From contig OZ037767.1 of the NCBI GenBank assembly GCA_964035545.1, forward strand, positions 30,210,628-30,274,627: a stretch of DNA of 64,000 nt. Direction: 5' to 3'. Below are positions 26,501 through 38,500 of the stretch, piece by piece (position 1 is the first letter of the stretch; every line of letters starts with the position of its first letter). The stretch comes from Bugula neritina. Taxonomy: Eukaryota; Animalia; Bryozoa. The notes beneath the pieces were generated by a model. That model ran no database searches and had not been told where the DNA came from. It saw only the letters and a list, made by a program, of their open reading frames with translations. Position numbers and translations under genes: made by a program.

Positions 26501-29500
26501 TTTATTGATAAGCATAATAGAGTGTGGTATATAAACAACACCCTCCTTAGCAATAAAATGCATGTGTCTGTATACTATGATATAAAATTTACCTTTAAAC
26601 ACGGCTCTAAAAGCAGATTGTACTTCACTTTCTAGAGGAAAAAGCTGACAGCTTCTAAAAAAAGACATGATTTCACTTCGAGGTAACATTTGCTGATCAT
26701 CTTTCATCTCATCAAATGTCAGTTCATATTCTGAAATCATAAAACCATTAGTCAGAATGATGCTTTTAGAAATTGTCTTCTGTAACAGAGTTAGTGTGCT
26801 TTAAAACACACAGGCCGACCAACAGGTCCATTGGCAGTTTTTCATTGAATATGAAATAAATACATCAAAGGTTTTGGACTAAGCAGAGAAACCTCAGCCT
26901 AAACTAGCTCTACTCAAGGGACCAGAAAGTATAGTAGAGGATTCGCAAATAAAGATAAAAGTATGTTTACCCCCCCCTCCCTCCCCCCCCCCCTAAGCTA
27001 CTAAAAGAAGCAAACTAGCAGATAGAAAGCACATGACGTTGTGCAGCACATGACGGTACGCAGTACGTTGCGTCATATACATATGATGGAGAGTGCTTAC
27101 TTTCCTTCTTGTCCATGTACTGCTGGATATCGTGGTAAGTGACGGGACAACTGGGTTTGGGTTCTCCACATCTCCGCTGGATTCGGGCCAACAGAGCCTT
27201 ATATTCTGTACAGAGCTTCTCCCAGCTGGTACCATGGAACCTTAGGCACTGTCACAATAAAGTAAATGGGTCTCTTTAATACAGCTATATGTAAACAAGA
27301 CTTCTGTATTGCAAAGTTCATTATGATATGATGATTTCCAACATAAAACTCATTGTTTTAAGAGGCTGTGCCAAGTTTCTATAGATCTATGGTAGATTTA
27401 AAGTAACTGATAAAAAACATGTATCAACAACATTAAAAAACACTTCTTTAAAAATTGTGTGTGCATTGACCACTTTAAACAACTCGGTTTAAACCGAACA
27501 TTAGTTAATGTAGTTTATACTGTGTTATGCTGTATATAGCTGTGTCTGCCAAGTTAACACAATTCGCTCAACTTGTAACAGTATACGATATAAGGCAATT
27601 CAGCCAGCACATACCCTTTCCCTCAATCTTTTAATCCTCCTTCTCACCAGCCAACCACGAGCATATTTTTGTAAAATTATGGACTTCTGCACTCTTTTCT
27701 GCTTCTGCATACTCCACTCAACAAATTTACTGTCCAAAAGAAATCATGAATTTTAGAAAAAAAAGTTTCAGAGAAGCTGAACAGCTAAAAATTAGTCATG
27801 TGTGTTTGCTGCCACCCGGCAGCAGGTGTCTTTAAAGCTGACAGATCCATGCAATTTTACTCTTTAGTATAATCAGCTTTAAATCAATAGTTTTAAACCA
27901 GCTAAGAGTTACTCAAGCTGTATACTAATCACTATGCAGATGTTGTGCATACGTAAACTTACTCAAAGACGTTGGCTTGCATGTCATTGGCTGCCACTCT
28001 GTTCTTCCAATGAAATGCTGCCATTTCCCTAGAAAATCAACAATTCAACTTTAAAAAATTTCAAAAACATGATTTGAATGTTTTAGAAAAAAAATTTAGA
28101 CAGCAAATATTTACATTACCTAGAGGTGGTTGGGGCAGTTTTGGGCCGTCTCAAACTTTTAGCTGCACGGGTTGGTTCTGAGGTTTCACTATCACTAAAA
28201 GCATATTATACTATTGTATATATTATATATAATATAATATTGTATATATTATAATATTGTATATATTATAATATTAGTTGTTTAGCTGTCCATAAACTTT
28301 ATGTTTTCAGTATTTCATTGAGAAAATTTTATGCTACAATATCATTTTATTTCTAAGAAAACTGAGCAAGACTCTTATCTAAGGTGTAGAATACTGCATG
28401 CAGTGATGCCCTATTTTCATACCCCTAAAAATAAAGTAATTTGCAAGCAGCCCTACAGTAGACATCGTATGCTTATTTTTTTAAGTATTTTCTACTTTTA
28501 TTTACATTGGAATATATAATTTGATGTGCTGCATGTAAAAGCTCTTATCATTCTGTAAAAGTTGACCTGCATTTGCTAAGCTGAGACTATAACAGTAGTT
28601 CTCTCAGCCTACAAAGCTTACACACACATTATTCACTTGTTTCTTTGAAAGACCAACTCTCAATGGAGCAGGCTGAGCAGACTGGCTTCAGGCATACAAC
28701 ATGTTGGCCATAGATTTGAATAGTTTTAATAGAAAGAGAAATAAATAATTCAATGTTTTTGCTCATAACTCAACTCTCAAAAGACTGCAATTTAAGTGCA
28801 AACTTAAGAATGTAAAAAGTTTTTTTCAACACAGGTTTTGAAACTTTGATCTTTAAACTTGCCTTCAGACCTTCCTTTGAGGTTGAAATGAACAAATTTA
28901 TGCTAATTTGTAAATTACGTTAAAACAACATTATATTACAAAAATGATATCATTGAAGATCTAGGGCTAATTTGACAGGCTGATGAATATTCTCCCCTTA
29001 CCTGCTCTGTGCTGCTAAGTTCTGCTCCTTTAGCAGATTCCTTTGTCTTTGAGTGGAGAAGTTTACTGTGTTGAGTTTTTCCATCAACCAAACTTGGCAA
29101 TCATTTTCCCAAAGAAATTTCATCCCAGGTGTTAATCCAACCTTCTTTTTACCTGGCAGTATCCTGAAATGAAGCGTAATTATAAATTAAAATATAAATT
29201 GTAAATAATAAATTAAATTATAAATTGTAAACATAATTGCGGTATATACGTTATAATAAATAAAAAGCATATTATCGGTTTCATCCCAGATTATAGACGC
29301 TCCCCAGTTAGACGCTATTTTTTATTTTGGTACCATAATAATGTATATACATTAACTGTTGTATTGATTGCTAAATAGCTAATATGCTTATAGTTATAAT
29401 AGCTAATATTAAGTATTTGGAATAATAGCCCACTTTTCATGGATTTGTGTGGGGCAAAAAACAGTAATACATTAATAATAGACATAATTTTTAATGAAAT

Positions 29501-32500
29501 ATTTTTTCAAATGACAAGAAGTATATAGAATATGCAAAATTAATAAGTTAATGCAGATCAAAGGAATGTAGTTATGTGCTAAATAATAAACAATTGATCC
29601 AAGTTTATTTAAATATGCATATATTCAAATAATATTCAAATAAATTGCACATAAAATAAATATTGTACCAAAATAAATAAATAGCGTCTAACTGGGATGA
29701 CACCATATTATCAAGTGTTTTTATAGATAATATTTCATTATTTCCTTTCGTCATCTTTTAAGGCTTTGCATAATGTAATTTATAAATATAGAACACTTAT
29801 AATATGTAATAATATCTAGCAGGCAAACATGGCTTATATTAAACTATTTTGCCTTCACATATTATAAAGGAATTTTTTTGAATGTGGTTTTATCTTCCGT
29901 TCTATTTAGTGTCAAGTCTGACAGTTTTATGAAAAATTATAAAAATATTATTAATTTAGATCATAATGTAATGGATTTTCACCCTCTTTTAGTTTCGAAA
30001 TAACAGCGTGCAACAGTATATTATAAATACTGTTGCGTATCATTCTTAATTCTGTAATTATAGTTAAGTAAGTTAGCTTGCTAATGCCTAAGTATGGTAA
30101 TTACGGTTAAAGCTCAACATAATGTAATTTTGCTGAAATACGCATTCTGAAGTTATGTAATATTTCTTTTACTAATGTTGCTTTCTTTTGTGTGTGTCCT
30201 TTGTTGCTGAGATCGGCATTTCGGTCTTCCGAAATGCCGATATGCCGAAAATCGGCGTTTCGGCATTTCGGAGTCCCGAAATGCCGATATTCGGCATTTC
30301 GGAACCCCGATCTCGGCAACAAAGGAATGTCTTTGTCTCGCTTGTATATAAAAGCCAGCGAGTTCCAGTGTAGTTCAGACTACTACTGGAGCTCGCTGGT
30401 AGTAGGACCACATAGGCTGTATTTGATGCTAATAAAGTTATCTTCATTCGTATTCAAAATACTTGGCTTATTCTCTCTAGAGCATGTAGGCACTAGTTGC
30501 ATTCAAAACCCACAAGTTTACTACATTGGTGGCAGCGGTGGGATTTTCGAATAACTAGTTGCCGAGCGGCACGCAATGGCCCCAGGGGACACAGCCCCTG
30601 AGGCAGCAACACCACCAGCCCTCACTGTTGAGGCGCTGGTCACAGCCCTCCAGGGATTGCGGGGGCAAGGACAGGCATCACCTGGTGACAGGTATCGCCT
30701 CCAGCCCCCGAATTTCGGAGGAGAAGGAGACGTAGAGCAATTCATCAGGGAGTTCCAGGATGTGGCCACCATCGCTGAATGGCCAGTACCGGTGCGCATC
30801 CTCCAACTTCGGGCCTGTCTGACAGGCCGGGCCAAGAGCTTCGCTCTTGGGCCTGATGAAGAGCACATCATGCGGGCTCTCAGAGCCCGGTTCGGCCTAA
30901 CAACCGAAGAAGCAGCTGATCGTTTGCAGATCATGAGGAGGGACCAGAGGACTCCCCTGGAAGACCACGCAAACGAGGTAGAGCGCCTGGCTCAGGCTGC
31001 TTTCGGTCACGCCACTGGCAATGACCGGAAGCGCCTCGTTTACAACGCGTTCTTCCGGAGCGTGAATCACCCGGACCTGCAGCGATACTGGCTGGCCGCC
31101 AAGGTCAACAGTATAGAGGAAGCGCTGGAAATGGGGAAGGCTTACTTCCAGGTGGAAGAGCCTAGGCGACCGAGCTATACAGCCCGCCAAGTGGTCGAGG
31201 AGCATGAGGAGACCACCCCACTTCCAACTCCACAGGTAGCAGCAGCTGCAACTAAATCACCCGAGCAGACGCAGCTCACCATGTTAATGGACATGATGAA
31301 AGGCCTGCAGGCTACGGTGACGAAGTTGCAGAGCGAACAGGCGGATAGGCGGGCTCCCCGATCACGGGACAACCCTGTCCGCCCATCTCTGCTAACCTGT
31401 TGGGGGTGCGGGGCGCAAGGGCACGTGAGGAGGCACTGCCCTAGAGGCCAAGGGCCTTTAAACACCCAAGGCTCACGGTAACTTCCGCCAACCGTGGGCC
31501 TCACGCCAATCCCATCCGGGATAGGACTCAAAGAGGAGAAGAAGAGACCTCCACAGGGTCTGCCGATACCGAGTGGCAGAGGCCACGGAGACCTCGGAGA
31601 CCGCAAGGTCTACCCGATCCTCCGGCCGTGTCACTCGAGACCCGGATGCAGCTAGAAGAAGCAGGATGGGAGGCACCTCGGAGATCTCGGAGACCGCAAG
31701 GTCTACCCGATCCTCCAGCCTGGCCACTCCGTAACCGGTTCGCGGGGTTGCCCGAGGAGGTTGTGGAGGAGGATTCAGCTTACTCGCAAGAGTACCCCAA
31801 GCTACCCTCCCGACCTCAGAAAACCCCCGTTGTCTCTAAGACGAAGAGGAGGCCCGCTGTGCGGACCCAAGTTGTGTCTCCCCCAGAGACTGACCACTCC
31901 AGGAGCACCCAGCCGTATGGAAGCAGCTACTTCCTGCCCGGAAAGATTTCGGGTAAAGCTGCCACATTCCTACTGGATACTGGGTGCACTACCAACCTGC
32001 TGAGTAGGCGTCTCTTTGACACTCTTGGTGCACGAGAGCGGGCGAGCCTCGAGCCGTATGAAGGTGCGCATGGTACGTTGGCGGACGGATCATGCATTCC
32101 TTTCTACGGCGTCATTTCACTACCTGGACGCGTCCGTGATCAAGCAATTCACGAGACGTTCATAGTCAGCCAGCTGAAGGAGGACGCCATCCTGGGAATG
32201 CCGTTTCTGGAGAAACACCAGTGTCACATGGATTTCCAGAAGTCAGTGGTGGTGATGGCTGGGAAGGAGCTTGTCTGCGTCGACAAGTTCGGAAGGCCCT
32301 TGGTGGGCGGAGTCCAGGTAGTGCGGGACTGCACGGTTCCGGGGAGATCCCAGGCGACTCTTCGCTGCAGAGTCAACTGCAAGGGGATCGCCGGCCTGGG
32401 GATGGTTGAGGGAACGCACGGAGCGATCCGACTAGCAAACAGCCTGAATCGGCTAGATTGTCGGCAGGAGCTCCTCGTGCAGTGCATCAACCCCTTCACG

Positions 32501-35500
32501 GAACCTATCCGATTATTGGCTGGAGCGCTGGTGGGGAAGTACCACTCCATCCAGGAAGCGGATGTGGGTCCGGCACTGGAGACAGTGGCCGACACCCAGG
32601 GTAAACCCCCTCACACCAGACGAGGAGCAGTCCCGGAGCATGTGGCTGACCTATACGATGGAGCGTGCGGAAACTGTACCAGTAGTACTGAACGCCAAGT
32701 ACTGGCTCAACTACTTGCAGAGTACAGTGATGTCTTCAGTCGTGGCGATGAAGACATGGGGCTGACCAAGGTCATCTCCCACGAGATACCCCTGGCAGCC
32801 GGCACCACTCCCATCAGGCAGCCTACCCGGCGTCTAGGCCCGGAGAAGGAGAAGGAGGTGAGCCGACAGGTACAGGATCTTCTCGACCGGAATCTGATTG
32901 AGCCTGCCCACGGTGCGTGGAGCTCTCTAGTAGTCCTGGTCAAGAAGAAGGATGGTAGCTGGAGATTCTGCGTAGACTACCGCAGACTCAACAGCGTTAC
33001 CATCCAGGACGCCTACCCTCTCCCACGGATAGATGAGTCTCTAGATGCCCTCGCGGGTAGCAAGTACTTCAGTACTTTGGATCTGCTTAGCGGGTACTGG
33101 CAAGTACCCCTCAGTCCTGATGCCCAGGACAAAGCAGCATTCATCACTCGCGACGGGCTCTGGAAGTGGAAAGTACTGCCATTTGGACTAACGTCCGCTC
33201 CGGCAACTTTCCAACGGCTCATGGAGCAGGTCCTCAGTGGGTTACACTGGAAGACCCTCCTCATCTATCTAGACGACGTCATTGTCATTTCCCCAGACTT
33301 CTCGACTCATGTCAGTCGTCTGCGGGAGGTCTTTGACCGTCTCCGGGCAGCTGGACTGAAGCTGAAGCCCTCCAAGTGTGCACTCCTGCAGCCGGAAGTC
33401 ACGTACCTTGGCCATGTGGTTGGCCGTGATGGGGTCGCTACCGACCCAGAGAAGGTACAGGCTGTGAAGGAGTGGACTGTCCCCCGTGACCTCCCTGAGT
33501 TGCGCGCATTCCTGGGCCTAGTAGGGTACTACCGGCAGTACATACCTGGCTTCGCAGGAGTGGCTCAGCCGTTAAATCGGCTGACCGCAAAGGGGGTCCG
33601 GTGGCAGTGGACACAGGAGGAGCAGCAGGCATTTGACCACCTCAAGCAGCGGCTAATGGAGGCGCCAATTCTGGCGTATCCTGACCCAGCCCAAGAGTAC
33701 ATCCTGGACACTGACGCCAGCGACCACAGCGTGGGAGCTGTCCTGTCTCAAGTCCAGGGTGGAAGTGAGGTGGTCGTAGCTTACTACAGCAAGACTCTCG
33801 CGGCCGCCGAGAAGAACTACTGCACCACTAGGAAGGAACTCCTAGCAGTAGTCAAGGCGGTCAAGCACTTTCGGCCATATCTGTATGGGAGAACGTTCCG
33901 TTTGCGAACAGACCATGCATCACTGATATGGCTGTGTAAACGTGCAGAGCCCTCGAGCCAGGTGGCTCGTTGGCTAGAGATTCTTGCCGAGTTCTCTTAC
34001 CGGATAGAGCACCGTGCTGGCCGGAAGCACGGGAACGCCGACGGCATGAGCCGCCGGCCGGTAGGAGACTGTAAGCAGTGCCTGCACATTGAGAAGCGGG
34101 ACGGGGGACCCGCTCGCCTTGACGTGGAAACAGAGTTAGGGGAGGGCGCCGTCTATCGGTGGGAGCACGGCCATCTTCGGACCGAAACCCACTCAGACGA
34201 CGTCCAGGCGCTTCACGCCAACCCCACTCTATTCCAGAACGTCAAGGAGCTGTGCCGACTCCAGGAGACGCTACCCGGTGCGGTAGCGGACATCTTCCGG
34301 GCCAAGAAGGAGGGCCGACGACCTAGCGAGGAACAGCAGCGGCAGGGAGACGTTGAGTTCCAACTCCTCTGTCGTCGCTGGGACGCCCTCAAGGTCAGTC
34401 CTGATGGCCTCCTAATGATAACGTTAGCAGCAGACAACCGTCAGCAGGAGAGGGACCGCGTCGTCTGTCCACGCGCCCTCCGACGGGAACTGATCTGGGA
34501 CACCCATAAGCAGGCTCATTCTGGAGTCAGCCGGGTCATCAGGTGTCTGCGGCTGCGTTGGTATTGGCCCGGAATGACTCGGGACGTACGACTGCGGGTA
34601 CGGCAATGCGAGGTCTGCCAAGCTAGCAAGCATGGCCGCCCCACGGAAACCACTGGTCGACGCCGGCTATACGCTGGTCGACCGTGGCAAGTAGTGGCGG
34701 TGGACCTCGTCGGGCCTATGCCGTTATCCGCCAGAGGGAACACCTGGATACTGGTGCTCACGGACCACTTTACCCGGTGGGCAGATGCTCTGGCTATTCC
34801 AGATGCAACAGCCCCCACGGTGGCCCGTACCCTGGACCAACATGTGTTCTGTTACCTCGGTTTACCCGAGCAGATACATACGGACCAGGGTGCCCAGTTC
34901 CAGTCCCAGCTCATGGGAGACCTCTGCCGGATATAGGGGGTGAACCAGAGTCGGACCACCCCATATCACCCGCAAGGGAACGGAGTCGTCGAGCGGAACA
35001 ACAGGATGTTGGGTGATGCCCTCAGGAGCCTGCTCCTTGGTCGAGGTCAGGAAGAATGGGACGTGGTGCTGCCGCAAATCATGCGGGCTTACCGCAGCAC
35101 ACCACACTCCGCCACGCAGGAGACCCCAAACTTCCTGATGCTAGGCCGAGAGACGCGGGTTCCGGAACACCTGACATACCATGTTCCTGCCCCCGAGTCA
35201 CCGGTACACGAATATGTGGAGGGTCTGATAGACATCATGGGCAAAGCTCATGATGCACTGCGTACCCAGCAGTGGCAGACCCGCACAGAGGACTCGGAAG
35301 AGCCCCCGTTGTACCAAGTGGGAGACTGGGTCTGGATGGTGAGCTACCGTAGGCGACGCGGACAGTCGGCTAAACTTCAGCCCAAGTTCGTCGGTCCCTA
35401 CTGTGTAGTGGAGGTGCTGCCCAACCACACATACCGTGTGGAGCGCTCTGGCCAGGTCTCGGTCCAGAGCGAGCAGCGCCTGAAGCCTTACCATGCCAGC

Positions 35501-38500
35501 CCAGACGCAGTGGGTGAGGCTCCACCCCTCCTGGAGCCCCACCGCCAGCCCAACCGTCGAGGACGGGCCACCCAGCCCCGAGAGGTGGAAATTGTGGTTC
35601 CCAGAGAGTCGGACCAGGAGCAGGCCGCCTTGATAGAGCAGCTGGAGCGACAACAGAGTGAGGAGCAGGAACAAGAGCGACAGCAAGCCCGAGGACCACC
35701 ACCCCTCCAGGGGGAGGACACCCCCACCCGTGTTACGGGTGAAGGCGGGGACCCCCCTTCAGCGGTAGCTGAGGAGCCACTGGCACCAGCAGCGCCTATA
35801 CAGCAGGAACGGAGTCAGAGGGCCAGAAGGCCCCCCAGATATCTGGCGGACTACCACGTGGGACACATGGAGATGTCCCCACAGAGGAGTGGTACACCCA
35901 GTACGGGTAAAAACTCCGAGCCTCAGTTGCAGAACAGCCCTGGCAGTACCGGACTTCTCCAAAAGCAATTACCCCCAGACCAGCACAGTCACCTGGACAA
36001 CAGGTACCCAGCTCTTTCGGGTAATGTTGGCCGAGGTAGGTGGCGATACCCCATACCTATGATTGACTTGGACCCCCCTCCAGAAGAAGAAGATGAGGCC
36101 ACGACCCTACTACCCGCCCAGCTGATTGGAGATGGCGCTACCGCAGCCACCACCCAGCCGCTACGGGTAGCGCTGGCAAGACTGGGCAAGGAGCCTGGAG
36201 CACCAGGCAGCCAGATAGAAGAGAAGACCCAGCCGACCCACTCACAATTGCCCCGTCACGGGCAGAGTATGGCACTTCCTTACCGCGAGTGCGTCTTTGA
36301 TAGTGCAATCCATGCCTGGTCCAGTATCCTTGACCGATGTACCGAAGAGATAGAAAGCCTGGTGCACCACCTCCAATGACCAAACCGAACAATTAGGCAT
36401 TAGCCGCCCGAACTGTGTATATTATGGGTGCTACTACGATTGTTTATTGTGACACGCCTGATTAATCATAATACTTTTTCTGTTAACCACATATTTTCTA
36501 CTGTTGTGTTTTATTTTTGACCTGTTTGTACAAACACCTTGTCTCTGTTATCGAAAAGGGGATGCTTTTCGATGGGGGGAGAATGTAATGGATTTTCACC
36601 CTCTTTTAGTTTCGAAATAACAGCGTGCAACAGTATATTATAAATACTGTTGCGTATCATTCTTAATTCTGTAATTATAGTTAAGTAAGTTAGCTTGCTA
36701 ATGCCTAAGTATGGTAATTACGGTTAAAGCTCAACATAATGTAATTTTGCTGAAATACGCATTCTGAAGTTATGTAATATTTCTTTTACTAATGTTGCTT
36801 TCTTTTGTGTGTGTCCTTTGTTGCTGAGATCGGCATTTCGGTCTTCCGAAATGCCGATATGCCGAAAATCGGCGTTTCGGCATTTCGGAGTCCCGAAATG
36901 CCGATATTCGGCATTTCGGAACCCCGATCTCGGCAACAAAGGAATGTCTTTGTCTCGCTTGTATATAAAAGCCAGCGAGTTCCAGTGTAGTTCAGACTAC
37001 TACTGGAGCTCGCTGGTAGTAGGACCACATAGGCTGTATTTGATGCTAATAAAGTTATCTTCATTCGTATTCAAAATACTTGGCTTATTCTCTCTAGAGC
37101 ATGTAGGCACTAGTTGCATTCAAAACCCACAAGTTTACTACAATAACCATATAATGTTATTGGGATTTTATAGAATAATCAAATAAATTAAATTCAGTGA
37201 ACAATTCAAGCAGCGTGATATTGAAAATTAGCTATAGCATAATAAAGATAATTATATTACAAATTGGAACAGTGACAAACAATATACCGTAAGGTTTTAT
37301 AAAATTAAATGTTAAAATAATACTTGATATACCTTGTCTCAAAATGGTTCCCATATTTGTGGTTTGTGACATATTTCTTAGGTTTGCATTCCGCCCACTG
37401 TGTAGGAGGTAATGTTTTCTCATAGTGTATCTCTACAGAAACATTTGTTACCGGTATACAACTCATAGTAGTTCAACCATAGTCAAGCAAAGCTATAATC
37501 CAAATATTATATTAGTTTTCTGTGAATATTTCTGGTATCAGGACTTGAAACAAAACACACATACTCTAATTGATATCAAAACAAAAAGCAAGAAACTAAA
37601 GTTAGGGCATTTTTATATCTGTTCATAATGAGCTGGTTATTGTTAACTTTCAGTTTTAATGAAAATCGGCGTGTAAAATGATTTTCATAGTTGTTCACAA
37701 ATGAACTATGCAGAACATTCACATACCCACGTGACCTGCAGATGGCCTTGCTGTTGCTGCTGACGAGGCTCTGCTGCTTCTCTTAGGCAACTTCCTTTCA
37801 CTCCATGGTTTAGATCGGTTATCCCTATTGGCTGATCTCACTCTGGCCAAATCACTCTGACAACAGCAGACGTACGGGTGACTTCAACAGTAATCTTAGA
37901 AAGTGCCTTGCTCCAACATTTATGCTCAGTTTTAAAATTGGCAAACCAAAAATGCAAAAATTCTAAATAAGAAGCAAACAATATTCTAGCCACTGGCAAA
38001 GTTGCACCTGATAGAGACAGTTAATAGCAACAAGATTAGCCATTTACTTGAACAGCTTCTCCCCATCCTCCCCCCCCCCCTTATTAGGTAGCTAGCTGCC
38101 TGTAGCTAAATTTTCACTTTTCTTTAACCTCATCACTCTTTGCATTCAACATTTCTTACCAACAGTTGATTGTACAAGTAAAGTATAGCTAGTCGGTATT
38201 TGTTATCTGAACTACCCAGGGAGCTAGTCAAAGACTCTATGAAGAGAAAACAAGACTTCCAACCTTCTCTGTCTTACAGACAACGACCTGAACTGGAGAA
38301 CGGTAAGAGATAGTCTCTGCTTTGCTGCTTAAAAACTCAGAAATGCTTCAATTCTACAGCATCCTGCTACAAGCTATGAGACTAATCTTACAAGGCAGTT
38401 TAAAGTTGGTTCCTACATACCTCTTGTGAATCGCTGCCAGGAGAGGCTGAGTCATGTCTCTGACTGCTGCCTTCTGGTTTACTGCTGACTTCCTTGTATT

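Larger units (their letters stand above)
29967..37142 (+). mobile_element. Full-length Ty3/Gypsy LTR retrotransposon (7176 bp), antisense in an IQCM-like intron
   Basis: TG..CA LTRs, 4-bp TSD ATAA (29963-29966, 37143-37146), PBS, PPT, gag and pol with PR-RT-RH-IN order; GC-rich against the AT-rich host. Confidence 0.98.

Noticed and set aside
30197-30326. tRNA or hammerhead ribozyme in the LTR
   Set aside because: No T-loop/D-loop consensus and no CUGANGA/GAAA core arrangement; kept only as a palindromic module.
30107-30554. Short ORFs in the LTRs (also 36724-37186)
   Set aside because: Arise from stop-poor palindromic repeats; no protein features.
34940-36379. A third env-like ORF
   Set aside because: In frame with pol and begins mid-integrase; no signal peptide, furin-TM layout or hydrophobic anchor.
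30521-36392. Many antisense and alternate-frame ORFs in the retrotransposon
   Set aside because: Expected shadows of GC-rich coding DNA; no motifs recognised.
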